From Geosiphon pyriformis uo1 (lineage: Eukaryota > Fungi > Glomeromycota): DNA of 64,000 bases. Each line of letters opens with the position of its first letter. The stretch's first letter is position 1. Position numbers and translations under genes: made by a program. Shown piece after piece: positions 51,301 to 64,000 of the stretch. The DNA lies in assembly GCA_016748015.1 (NCBI GenBank), contig JAAOMT010000710.1:649372-713371 (forward strand). The letters run 5' to 3'. The notes under the pieces were generated by a model. The model did no database searches, had not been told where the DNA came from, and was given only the letters and a program-made list of their open reading frames with translations.

Positions 51301-52166
51301 CGATAATGATCATATCCTTCAGCATATTCATGGGAATTTCTTTGATCACCACAGTCTGATCTGAGTGAATTCCTTATCTCTTAAGATCACTGTTTACTAT
51401 GATGTTATTTTCTCTGGCCAATGACGCGGCCTTTTCCATGCTCTTTAATAAAGTAAACGTTGATCTGATGATCCCTTCAAACTTTGAGAGAGTAGTGGCC
51501 TCCCCAAAACTATTGATTTTTGAAAACAATTTTCTGATGACTTGAGTTTTGGTTGTAGCCGATTTGTCTTCTACAGCTGAGAAATTAATGTCCAGAGCAA
51601 AAGATTTTTTCACAGACACTTCAACTTGAGTTTTAACAATTTTAGGATCAATCCACTTTTTTTCTAGAGAGATAGATACACGAGGGGGAAGCACAATTTC
51701 ATCATTATCCATAATGAAGTCAGGAGAGCCAAGTGGAGAACCAAACATTGTGCCAGTATCAACACGTTTTGCCTTAGGAGTGGTTACAGCTGAATCCAGA
51801 AGAGACTCTCCATATACATCTGTCATGCCAACATCCTTATCATCACCAGACAAACTATCCACATTAGAGTACACACTATTATCAAGCCCAGATTTACTCA
51901 AAGAGATATCTCTCTCATCACCAGAGTGTTTAACATTGCCAAGAACCACCTTTTTCTTCTGAATAAAAGAACCACTAGCAGGACCATGGAAAGCATCTTT
52001 GGGTGCCTTTTTTTTTGACATATTACTGCCCAAAGCAGTTTTCAAATCCACGACAAAGGGGTTATTGTTTAAGGAAATGTTGAAAGAAAACTAACAAAAA
52101 ATAAAAAAACTTCTTTTTCAGAAAATGCACTTTTTAAGGATTTTTGGAGGTAAGAGAGAAAAAAGT
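45342..52166 (-). mobile_element. Full-length decayed LINE L3
   Basis: ORF1 52051-50165; ORF2 ~50168-45477 with GGDFN, QDMHKAYDSV, DQGKVFLPLFW-like segment, FVDDTIW, YMDGFL (RNase H), CLLCREVELPNH. Poly-T at 45342-45351. Confidence 0.94.
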
Positions 52167-53144
52167 AACTTTATTAATTTTAAACAAATATATAATTTTA
52201 TTAGAAAAACCAATTAACAAATTATATAATTTATAAAAAATTAATTTATTATTTAAAATTAAATTATACTTTTTTATAGTTATTTTATACTTAAATTTAT
52301 ATCAAACAAAAAAAACTAATAATTAGCAAGTTTTAATAGCAACTTAAAATAATATATTATATTTAATTCACATATAAATACATGATTTAAAATTTTGATT
52401 TTTTTACAATACAAACAAAATATTTTTTGCTATAAAAATATTTTTTAATAATAATAAACAAATATTTATAAGCTGTTTTTATTAAATACATATACAAAAT
52501 TATTAAAAATTTACTAATAAATTTAATAAATATATGAAAATTTAAATATTATATTAAAAAAATATAAATTTAATTAATGCTTTTAAACAAAAAATTATCA
52601 ATTATATTAATATTAAAATTATTTTTTATTAAGTACTATATATAGTTTTATAAATATTTTAAATAAAATATTATGTATTTTTAAAAACAATAATATTAAC
52701 AAAAATTTTTTATGAATTAAAACTAAAAAAAAACAAAATGAAATAAAAGTAATATTAGTTAAAATATTAATTATTTTATTGCTAAATATGTTAATATAGT
52801 CTTTAATCTTAAACCAAATAATTTTAATAATTTTATTATAAATAGAATTAACTATTTGTTTTTTTAATTTAACAAAAATTATAATAATTAAGCAAAAACA
52901 AAATTATTTTAACAATACAAATATTTAAAAATATTAATTAATTCTTAAAAATCAAGCTTTAAATAATTTTTTAACAAAATAATTTTGGTTTAGTCTTAAT
53001 TTTAGGTCTGTTAATTTTATAATAATTTAAGTTATGTAATAAAACAGATAATTTTATAGATTTATCTTATTTTATTTAATAATACAAAAATTAATATTTT
53101 ATATTAGTAATATTTTTATTATAAACACAAAAAAATAAATATAA
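52167..53144. other. Extremely AT-rich spacer (similar tracts at 25540-26150, 36700-37430 and 45065-45341)
   Basis: Very low GC and no ORFs; origin cannot be read from the sequence. Confidence 0.6.
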
Positions 53145-55796
53145 TTTTTTTATTTTATTAAATGAGATCTAAATATTGCCTAGTATAATACATTAAAGAA
53201 TCAATCTAAATTAAATATGAATTATGCATTTTCTATATATGACCAGCCATTCAAGCCAATCAAAACAATATTATACATCTATATAAACTGAGACTAAATT
53301 TCTAACACCTAAAAAAAACAAATGAGATTTATAAAAACCAAAACTAGTATCAAATGTCTTAGCAATATTAAACAACTTAGTTATACTATTAGAAAACTTT
53401 GATGATAATCCAAAAACTGGAACTGGGGCCAAATCATCACATAGTATAAGCTTATTTTTTTCCATGAATGTGTAATACTTAGCATAGACCAACCAAACTT
53501 CATCCCTAAAAACAAAACAGAAGCCATGTACAAAGTTCACAATTTTTTGACCCACACTTTGGAACTTCTGAAGACAGAAGCAGCTTTTTGAATTTAATCA
53601 TTAAAGATGAAGTCTTTACAAAGAGCTGTATATACTGCAATATTTGGAACACAGGAGAACAGCAACTAAGACACACATAAAGAAAAATGAAAAAAACCAA
53701 AAAGTGTATTCCAAGCAATTGCATAAGCATTCAACAAATAACAATAAACAAAATTATTAATGATGTAAAAAAAAACATGGTCTAAGATCTTAACATTACC
53801 ATAATACAAACACAACATATTGGGATAATGTTTGTTATATAGATGTTTTTAAACAGCAACTGACAGCTAATAGTGCAAAGCTTTTATAAAGTATGTATGG
53901 GCACTAACAGTAGGCTTACTAGTAAAACTAGCAGCCATGTGCAAATTAGGATGTCATACCAAAGATGAGCTAAACCAATTAATGTCTAAGAACAAACTAT
54001 TATTCAAAATTCTAAAACCAGAACCAATTTCCCAACATGTACAATAAACAGACTGAAAAATCTTATAAACAAAATATCTAGAATTATTAGAGACCATATT
54101 ACCTTCAGCCAAAATACACTATTTTTCCAATCAAAGAGAAAAAGTACCAGAAAAAAAAAGAGACAGCTTTGGCAAGAGCATCAGCATATATATTATTCAA
54201 AACATCTAAATAACTCCTTACTTTGTGTCAACTAACATTTAAATTTTTTCTCTGAACAATGTTTACAATGTGTTAATGCTCAACCCAACAATAATTTTTA
54301 TAATTTGGATGCATTAGACCCAATTCTGATTTACATATATCTAAAACACCCTGACTGTCTGTAAAAAAATGAACTAAACTATGAAATAGAATGTACTTAA
54401 GAGCCAACACTATAACTTGCAATTCCACTAAAATAGATAATATTAAACCAGAAACTTTAACACCCAAACCCAAATTAATGTCCTCAAAAAAAACCACTGT
54501 ATCAGCTCTTATGCTAAGTTTTCCCAAATTTTTTAACAATTCATTAGTATAGACAGAAAGACTACCAACATCAACATTCAACAAAAAATCACAAACCACC
54601 TCAAATTCATTAGATTTGAGAATACTCAAAGGCCTAAGAACTTCCAAAGAAAGTACATATGTAAAAGAAGAATCTACACTAGTGAAAAAATTGACAAAAA
54701 GCTTAAACCAGTCAGAAATCAGACTATATGGATCTAGTTTCTTTCAACACTTAAAGGTTTTCCAATTAAAAATAGCTCTATTTTTACCACAAAGCTGGTC
54801 CACAAAAGCAATGTTATACTGCTAAAATAAAAAAAAAAACTTAAAAAATCTGGCTTTGTAAAGAATAGTTAACATGGAGGTTTCATTATGAAAATGGAAA
54901 GCATTGTTTATGTGACCACCCAAGAACAAATTGTACTCAAAAAAAATACAAACCACACTTGCCAAAAAATTATTAGAAGTACTGATTCTAATATGAATTA
55001 AGAACACCAAAAAGTGAAATAGATACCAAGACAGAAATTACAAGTCATAAAACCTGTATAAAAACAAATAACCCAAAATCCCAATAGAATTCATAAAACA
55101 CACAACAAAAACAACTTTGTTTTCAGTTTGAACTTGCTCAAAAGTCTTCAAACTATACAGTGAAAAATAATAAAGTACATTATTAGGGAAATTGAAAAGC
55201 AAACCAAACTTTGACTTCAAGTCCTTACAATCAAAACATCCTATTTATTATATACACTAATAGAAATAAAGCTGAATTGCATCTTATAGCTTACTATAAA
55301 ATAGAGAACTGCTAACACCAAATATAAAAACTGTTTATTAGAAATGGCCTTCTTTAGAACAAAGTTGGCAAAAAACCAGATATCTAAATGTGTTTTAACT
55401 AAGTTAGACTTAAATAAACTCTTAGTAGATAAAAAAATACCCAGGTAGTGATGAAATTTTCTCTTTTTGGCAATGGAAATAAGCAAACCACTGATTGATA
55501 AAAAAAGACATTCAACTCTGCAATTAATAAAAATGGTCACTGTTTTGTTATTATTAACAAAGATATTATTAATTCAAAAAAATTTATTAGCAACATTAAA
55601 AATGTGTTGGGTAGCAGTTTGGCTGTTACCAATTCAGATTGTATTATTGACAAAAGCACCAACAGTAAAGAAAGATATCAATTTAGCTTGAGATTCAGAA
55701 TGACCAGTTCTGACAACAAAATGAGAATTCAACCTATATTTACACATACTCTTTTGTCTTTTAACTTTATACAGAAGAGGATCATAAAATATGTAC
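53145..55796 (-). mobile_element. 3' part of decayed LINE L4 (RT end, RNase H, 3' UTR), interrupted by element E
   Basis: IFYDPLL, FVNNTIW, HHYLGIFLST, FTDSQ; 3' UTR motif at 53225-53270; poly-T near 53145. Confidence 0.88.
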
Positions 55797-56718
55797 TATT
55801 ATCAGAGATTTTTGGTCTTTTTTCTTAAATGTTGTTAATGTCTGTTTGTTGTAAATCTATGTTTTCTAAAAATAGTTGAATCTCCAATAACTGAATTTAT
55901 TTTCAAATTATAGAAAATAATTTGAACTACTGGGCTTATAAGTGAAATGACCAATTTTATGCCAGTTACTATATGTAGTTATGTTGTAGTAAACATCAAC
56001 TCTTTCCAGGAATTACTCATCTGAAAGCTTACTAAAAATGTGTAGTTACTTTGCTGTAAAAGTTAATTCTTCTACAAGAATTTCATTTGTAAGCTATTCT
56101 AATAATTTATAATAAGAAAAAAAGGAAAAATAAAAGAAATATAAAAGAAAAGGAATTGTGTCAAGGAAAACGTTTTCTATTTAGGCCTAAAGTTACTAAC
56201 AGATTACTGAAATTGGTAGCTAATCAATTTCAAAATGTTAGTTGTGTTAAGAGAATTTCAAGTATAATAATTAAAGAATTTGGTTTTCAAATATTTAATT
56301 TTTATTTAAGATGTGTAAAAGGTAATTTGTTCTAATTAAAATATCTAAAGTAAGATACTATGATAAGATACTATAAAAAAATAATTTTCTTGAAGAAAAA
56401 AGCTCTTCTTTTATATAACTTATTGTAGTACTAGTTTTTAAACTTGCACTTTTTTCTTTGTTTTAATTTTAGCAAACTAAAAATACATTTCGGTAAACTA
56501 CAAGTTATTATCAATTTCGGCGAATTTTAACTATATTAAATGGTTCAAAGTATTGTGTAATTTGATCATCTTAATTTCTATAATACAAATTGGGTTATTA
56601 ATTGAATGATAATATTTGATAAAATAATAAGTAATAATTGAAATGATAATAATATATGCTAATAGGAATTATAAGAATAATTTCATGTTAATTAATAGCT
56701 AAAATTCTACTGGTAACA
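55797..56718 (-). repeat. 3' LTR of element E
   Basis: Homologous to the A LTRs and the solo LTR; termini TATTATCAG (decayed TGTTACCAG)...TGGTAACA. Confidence 0.9.
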
Positions 56719-57404
56719 TAATCTCTTTCTTAAGACTGAGCTTTATCAAAGTTCAAGTACTATCTGTAATATTAAGATAGTGGTCCAAAATAATTAAAGT
56801 AATTTGGTCTGAAAATTGTTGAAATTTCAGTTTTGTGAGCTTTCTAATGTATTGAATCTTCATTGGATAAAGTATTGGATTTTGTAGGATGTTTTCACAA
56901 GTGTTGAATAAATTATAGAGTTTAAATGTGGCTCTAAATTTGTAACAAGTGTTTGTTAGTCCAGCTGCTGTCTTAAATTTATTGTGAATTTGTTTTTGTA
57001 TAGCTTCAGAAGTGATGTTTGTTGCTTCAAGTTTCAGTTTTCGTTCATAAAGTGTTTTTCCAATGTGAAAATATCTATAAATAAGGATATGTTCATTGTT
57101 CTGTTTATTAAGAAATAGTAGAAGATTTTGTTGGTTTGTAGTATTTGGTAAAATGTCTATAGGAGCAAATAAAAAGTTTTCTTTTAGTGCTTGTTTCAAA
57201 AGTTCTGATAATTGATTTCCAGAGTAACCTCTTGTTTTTTTTATAAGAGTGATAATTTTGAGAATTATTTACTATTGGTGTTGTAGTTTTTTTTTGAGTG
57301 TAATTAATTTGATTTTCATTAATTATTATAAATAAGTCAGGAAGTGTTTTTAAGGCTAACATTAATTTTTGGAATACTTGTTAAATATTTCGAAGAATAA
57401 TCAT
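56690..57404 (-). pseudogene. Extra 3' ORF of element E (~240 aa)
   Basis: MIILRNI*QVFQKLMLALKTLP...ILIYRYFHIGKTLYERK...FRATFKLYNLFNTC...KIQYIRKLTKLKFQQFSDQI aligns with the 3' ORF of A. Confidence 0.82.
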
Positions 57405-57569
57405 GATAAAATGATTAATTAATAAGTAAAATTTAACAAAGAATAAAAAAAATTATTTTTGGGTATAGGATTTTTATTTGTTTTTGGATTTGAGTGTTTC
57501 TTGTAATTATTTATTATTTTTGTTTTTATGTTTTGTGTATTTTAAAGGGATTATTATAAAAATGTTAAA

Positions 57570-58952
57570 TTAAGTATTCAAGTTTGGTTGTTGTTCTATT
57601 ATAACTATTGGTTTTAAATTTTGGGGAATATCTTCAAGATTAATTAAAAGGAAATATGTACCAATTTGTGGAATTAATGGTTTAGGATTGTTTTTGAAAT
57701 AATAATGTTTCAATCAATCTCTATGTGCAATTTTTGTTAGTACTTTGTTATCAAGTTTTAACTTGTATGATCTATTGTCTAGAATTTTGTGAATATAAAA
57801 TAGTCTATCTCATTTATGTTCAAATTTTCCACTTCATTGTTTTTCAGTCTTAGTTCTGTATAAGAAAACTTTATTTCCAACTTTAAATTCTTTGATAACT
57901 AATAGCAGTTTGTTATTATGTTTTTTTTTTGTTGAACTTGGGAGTGTTTAATATGAGTGACTGCTATTTGTTTTTTTCTTTCTAATGTATTAAAAAGAGT
58001 ATAAGCTCTTCTTTAAAGTGTTTCTTGAAAGTTTTCTTCATTGATAAATTGTACTGGATATGTTTTTACTATGAAATTAATTGGTAATATTGCTGTTCTT
58101 CCATAAGTAAAATCAAATAGTATGTGTTTCATAGTATCTTGTTTTAGTGTTCTGTATATTAATAACACTAATAGAATAAATATATCTCATTCTTACTCAA
58201 AATTTGTTGAAACTTTGGTTAAAAATTCACACAATGTTCTGTTGAAATGTTCTACAAGTTTATTTGTTTAAAAGTAATATAATAATAATAAAAGTTTTTT
58301 GATCTTAAATTGTTCACAAATTTCTTGTATCAAGTTGTTTACAAAATGTATTTTTTGATTAGATAAAAGTTCAATTGAGCATCTATGTCTACAAATAATG
58401 TTTTCATAGATGAAATTTGCTACTAATTTTGCATTTGCTCTTTGGATAGCTCTAGTTTTAGGCCATTTGGTAAAATAATCAACTGCAACTGCAATATAAT
58501 GATTTTCTTAGATTGTAATAGGTAATGGTCTGACTAAATCAATTTCAATTCCATCAAAAAGTTGTCCAATTTTGATTGAATTTAGGGGTTCTGTGGGATG
58601 AGTTTCTTCTTTTCTTTGACAACTATCACAAGATTTTACATATTATTAAATGTTTTTTTGCATTTGAGACCAAAATAATGTTCAAGAGTTCTTTAAATTG
58701 TTCCATCTCTTTCTAAGTATGCTGAAGAAGGATCTGTGTATATGTTGTATAGAATTGTTTCTTTTTTATTTTTTTGTACTAATCTGAGTGATTGGTTTAA
58801 ATTTCTGCAATTTTTATAATAGATTTTGTTGTAGTATATAAAATATTGTTTTGATTGGTGTTGTAATCGATGTTTTTTACTTGGAAACCAATTTTTTGGT
58901 ATGATAAGAGTTTCCAAATAGTTTTTGATGTTGTTGTAATTTTGTTATCTAT
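57570..58952 (-). pseudogene. Integrase of element E (separate ORF, start decayed to ATA)
   Basis: NYNNIKNYLETL...TDPSSAY...SCDSCQRK, IDLVRPLP, ending KPIVIIEQQPNLNT*. Confidence 0.85.
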
Positions 58953-61900
58953 TATTGTTTGGTTATTTTGTTGATAGATTGGTAAGTGGTGAGATTGCTG
59001 TTGGTATTAATTTTGTTTCATTCTTGAAAGACTGTCAATATTGGTATGTAGTTTTCTTAATTTGTGATATATAATATACTTGTAGTCTGCTAGAAAATTA
59101 TTTCATCAAGACTGTTTAGCATTTTGTTTAGTTTTATTTTTATTAAGCCATTTGAGGCCAATATTGTCAGTTATGATATTAAATTTTTTTCTATTCTTTA
59201 GGTATTATTGAAAGTGTTTAAGAGCCCAAATAACTGTAGCAGCTTCTAATTCAGTTGAGCTATATTTGAGTTCTGTTGGTTTGAGTGTTTTATTGGTATA
59301 AACAATAACTTATTCCTGGCTATTTTCATTTAATTGTGATAGAATGGCACCAAATGCTATGTATAAAGCATCAGTGACTAGTTGGAACTATTTGTTAAAG
59401 TTTGGATAAGCAAGAACTAAGGCTGTTATTAATTTTGTTTTGAGAGTTTCAAAGACTTTTTGCTGTTTTTTAGTCTATTAATATGGCATATTTTTGTTGG
59501 TAAGATAATTGAGTGGTTTGACAATTTCTGAGAATCTTTTTATGAATTTCCAATAGTAGAAAGCTAATTCTACAAATTCTCATAGCTCTGTGGTATTTTT
59601 GGAAGTTTAAAAGTTTTTGATAGCATTGATTGTTTCAGGATTTGGTTTAATTTCATCTTTGCTAGCAATGTGTTCAAAAAAAATTAAACTTGTTTTTTCA
59701 AAATAATATTTTTCAATGTTTAACTTTAATTCTGCTTTCTGTAATTATTGAAAAACTTCTTGCAAGTGAATAAGATAAGCTTTAAAGCTTGGTAAGTACA
59801 CATTAATATTATCAAAATAGACAACTACTGATTGCTATAAAAATTCTTCATATACAACATCCATAAGTTGCTAAAATGTTGCTGATGCATTACAGAGTTT
59901 AAAAGACATAATATTGAATTTATAATTTTTTTTTTGGGTGGTAAATGCTGTTTTGAAGTGATTCTTTAGATCTATTTCTACTTGTTAGTATTTATTTTCC
60001 AAGTTCAAAGTTAAAAAGAATTTGGCTTTTCTTAAAACATCTAACATGTTATTGATTCTTGAAAAAAAGTAGGTATCTTCAATTATTATATTATTGAGTT
60101 AACAATAGTCTACACAAAATCTGATTTTTCCATTTTTTTTTTAACAAAAACTACTGATAAGATCCAAAGACTTCTTAATAATTAAATTTATTTATTATTA
60201 AGCATTTTTTGGACTTTTTCTCTAATAAATTGGTAACTGGCAAGTGGCACTTGATATACTTGTTAGTGTTTTAGAAGACATTTTCTGTGTGAATCTAATA
60301 TTGAACAATATCAGTTTTTCCAAGATTATTGTTGTCTTTTACAAATATATTAGCAAATTTAACAATAAGCTGTTTTAATTGTCTTTGTTGTTAGGATTCT
60401 AGAAGACCCATGTTGATTTGTAAGAGTTTTTTTCCAGAAGATAGTAGTTTTCTGTAGTAAAAATAATGTTTGGATTGGAAAGTAGAGTGTGTCTTACAAT
60501 TTCGATTAAATTAGAAACAATTTGAGGGTTTTCATCTTGGAAAATATTGCTATGTATGATTCTAATTTATAATTTATTTAATAAAATAATAGGAGGGTTG
60601 TTGATATTGTAAAATATAACTCAAAATTTCTTTGTTTTTTTGGAAATATAGACATTTGAGATTGAAATTTTATGTTTTAAACAGATTTGTTTATTGGATT
60701 TAAAGATTTGTTGAGTAGTAATAGGCTTGGAACAAGTATAAATTTCGTGATATTTTCCAAAAGATGATATGGTAATTGGTTAGAAAAGTTGAAAAATCTG
60801 GTAAGATTTATTTTGTATATTGAGAACTATGTTTACTGGAATTGTGAATTGTCTAATTGAACCAAAATTTTGAGTTTTTTTTTTACTTTTTCTTAATTGT
60901 TCTTTGTTGTTAACTGCTTGTAAACCTGAAATGTTAATTAAAAGTAGATAAATAGCTTATGCAATTTTCTCAGTATGCTCTATTTTGAATGATTTCACAG
61001 TTTTATTTTGTAGTATAATAGTAATGTCTCTTATATATTCTGTATTTATAATTCTTCTTCTAATGTTAATTTTTTTGCTGGCTAGGAATAATTAAAAAGT
61101 AATTTGAACTATTGCTTCTGGTAGAATTTTAAGAGCAATTTTTAAATTAATTTTAGTGAAAGTTTTGGTTAAAGAACTAAGGTATCTTTGCCAAGATATC
61201 ATAAGTCATATTCTGCATCAATTTTATAAGCTTTTTTAGACTTGATTTCTTGACTATTGTTGTCGAAATATTTAAGTTGTAGAGCTGGTTGATTTTTAGT
61301 AAGATAGATTAATTTCTTCTTCTGGCTTAGATTCTCCAAATTTAATTTCTTCTTGGTTATTTTTGCTGGGCAAGAAGATGCTAAAGGCATAGTATTCTGG
61401 ACACTATTTGTCATCACAAGGCATGATATATTCTTTATACAATTGAATGTTCATTTGCTTTAATTGTTGAATTTGAGCTTCTTGGATTGGGTAAGTATGG
61501 TTTGCAATTTAATGATATGCTTTTACTTCATCTTTATAGTTAAATTCAGCTAATTCTATTGTGTATTCAATATATTCAGCTTCTTTCATTTGGCAGACAT
61601 TTTCTTGGATGGCTCCATTAATTAAAGCTATTGCTAAGTCAAAGATTATTTCAGTATTATAAGAGTAGTAATAGAGTTTGTTAAAAGCACTATTGTATAC
61701 TACATCAAAAAATGTTTCTCTTTTGACTTTTTCTGAGATTAATAAGGCATATTGGCAGATTTGGTCACATACTTCTCCTTTTATTACAATATTAATCCAG
61801 TTGCATTCTTTTGGTAATATATCTTTATATGTAAGACAAGAAGTATTGTCTTATTTTCTATTTCATTTGAGATATCTAAATCGTTCTCTATGGCATGCTT

Positions 61901-64000
61901 TACAAAAGTAGCAGGTACATGTTTCATATTTCTCTTCTGAATATATACATGCTCCTATTGATAAAAGTTTCTTCTTGCAATTTTTATATTTAAATAAGAT
62001 GTAAAGTAATTGTTTCTGTGATTTTAATATAGAGTATTAAACAACATTTTATCTCCTGGTTTTTTCAAAGATTTTTTGTTCTGTTTTTTTAGCCCAATTG
62101 GATGGTAATTTAAGAGCCATAAAGATTTTAATAATTGGTAGTTCTTTCTCCTCTTCAAATTCGAACACTGAGACTTTTTCAGTTCATTTATTGAAAGTAC
62201 TATATATAACAGGTATTTAGGTATATTGTTTTTAATATGAAATCTTCAATTCCTGGGTTTTCCAATCTAAATTTGCATTGGTCTTGAAAAATTAATTGTT
62301 TCTGACAAAAGCTTAATATTGGGGTGCATTTATGATTAAAACTTTAACTAAAATGATAATTTCATCAATAATAAAAGAGAAATTATCAATTTTTCCTATT
62401 GAAATTTTTTTTATATCATTAGCAGTAACAATAACTGTTTGGACTGGTCTGTCAACAATTCATTAAAGCTATTATATTAGTTGGTAGATGATGATATTTC
62501 CAGCAAATTTACTATTTAAGATCAATTAAATTGGTTTTTCTTCTATTTTAGTTTTAGTATACATTGCTGTGATTGCTTTTTGTTCATTAACTGCTGCATT
62601 GCTAAGTAGAGATAATAATTCATTGGCTTCAAATTTAAATGGAAATATATCTGAGAGATTGGTATTTTGGACAATTTGAATTGGTAAGATAGTATTGTTG
62701 AAAGAGTTTGATCTTAGTGCTACAACTTCACTTTTAAAAAGGCAGTTTGTTGAAAATCTTGTTTTTCTGACATTGTTAAATAACTGGGTGATAGTAATTG
62801 GATTGTTGTGAACCAGAATTTCAAAGAACTAACTAGTTGTTTAAGTTGTTTTTGTTGTTATTATTCTGAAATTGATTTTAAAGTGTAAATTGGTTTTGTT
62901 GTCTTAATTTTCTTGCAGATATTTGATATTATTGAACTAGAGGTAATTGCTGGTACTGTAGTATTGATGAAAATGGTTAATATTACTATTGTAAAACAGG
63001 CTAATAATAATTGTTTTGCTGTTAAAGTCTTGAGAAATAATAGACAGATGGTAATAGAAATTGGTAAGGAGATTGTTGGAATTGAGAATAATATTGATTA
63101 TTTCTGTTTTGTTGGTCTCTTTATGTCTTTTTACAATTTTATTTCCAATGTCCTAGAATTTTACAATAATGACAGCTTTATGGTTGATTGTTAAATAATG
63201 AAGGATAGTTGTTTTAATTGTGTTATTAGAGTAATTAATATTTTTGTAGTTGTTGCTATTGTTGTTGGTTGATAAAATAGTTCTTGATCTTCTTTGTAAG
63301 TTGGTCAATTTTTTTTTCAGCTGTTAAGCTGGTTTTTTCAATAGCAAGATTCACAAGTTTGATATGATTTGCTTTTTTCATTGCTATTTTATAGTTTTTT
63401 GCATATCAAATGGCTGTAGCTAAGTTTGCTGAAGCATGAAAACAAACTTTTTTGATTAATTTGTCTTTTAATCCTGCTATAAAGTGATCCAAAATCTGGG
63501 TATTGAAATAATATTCATTGGTTTCTAATTGTCAAATTTGTTAAAAGAGTTTGTTGAATTTCCCAAGATAAGTCATAACAGATTCAAATAGTTTTTGTTT
63601 AATATTGTAAAAGCAATTTCAGAGAGTAATAGAGGTGTTATTGTTAGTGAATTGTTGTAAAAAAGCATTTTTAAATGCTTGCCAGTTTTTAAATAGTTCA
63701 TCTAAGTTTTCAAACCATTTTTTTGCTGTTTTTTGGAGAAAATATGAGATTGCTTTAAGCATTCTTACTGCATTTTATCTATTTGTATTTTCTGTTTTTG
63801 AGATTTTGTCAAGTTATTCTTAAGAGTTAGTATCATTATTTTTATTAATGAATTTTGGAATCTTTGCAATATAAGCAGTTGTCATTTTTTCTTTATTTTT
63901 GGTGGTTTTTTTTTGTTCTGATTTAGTTTCTTCACTTTTTAAGTTCTTTAAATAATTATTTTGATTTTCTTCTAAGTAATTAAGGAGATTGGTGCTAGTT

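Larger units (their letters stand above)
55797..64000 (-). mobile_element. Ty3/Gypsy element E (A family, heavily decayed; 5' end beyond the window)
   Basis: 3' LTR 55797-56718, decayed PPT near 56722-56731, 3' ORF 57404-56690, IN 58952-57570, RT-RNaseH ending at stop 59007, dUTPase ~61290-60855, Cys domain, PR, capsid ATG at 63885. Colinear with A. Confidence 0.93.

Noticed and set aside
45320-52190. TSDs for LINEs L2 and L3
   Set aside because: The flanks are AT-rich and decayed; no unambiguous duplication was found.
52167-53144. MITE or DNA transposon in the AT-rich spacer
   Set aside because: No convincing terminal inverted repeats or TSD can be distinguished from low-complexity background.

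Overview
Eukaryotic, AT-rich, intron-containing DNA from a retroelement-dense fungal genome. It is most likely Glomeromycota/Mucoromycota and Geosiphon-like; this is inferred from element style, not proven. (1) 1-25.5 kb is a four-deep nest of decayed Ty3/Gypsy LTR retrotransposons. Element C (5118-12978, +, TSD CTGC) sits inside A (765-18518, +, TSD ATAT/ACAT). A sits inside B (minus strand, 5' LTR 22939-23866, continuing past position 1). B sits inside a remnant F (+, from 23867). (2) 26.2-36.4 kb is a CpG-intact gene island holding a 5'-truncated LINE, the AP-3 delta adaptin gene (-), a divergently transcribed DONSON homolog (+) and a J-domain relic. (3) 37.4-55.8 kb holds three decayed APE-RT-RNaseH LINEs; one is hit by a solo LTR and one by Gypsy element E (55797 to >64000, -). 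The most unusual signal is the shared expression plan of the Gypsy copies. One long Gag-PR-CysRich-dUTPase-RT-RNaseH frame apparently starts at a conserved GUG and is followed by a long AUG-free stretch before the capsid AUG. The integrase is a separate ORF after a conserved stop. A non-env ORF of about 240 aa runs through the PPT. The elements have no chromodomain, make 4-bp TSDs and use three different non-initiator tRNA primers. All counts and alignments were done by eye; no database searches were run.
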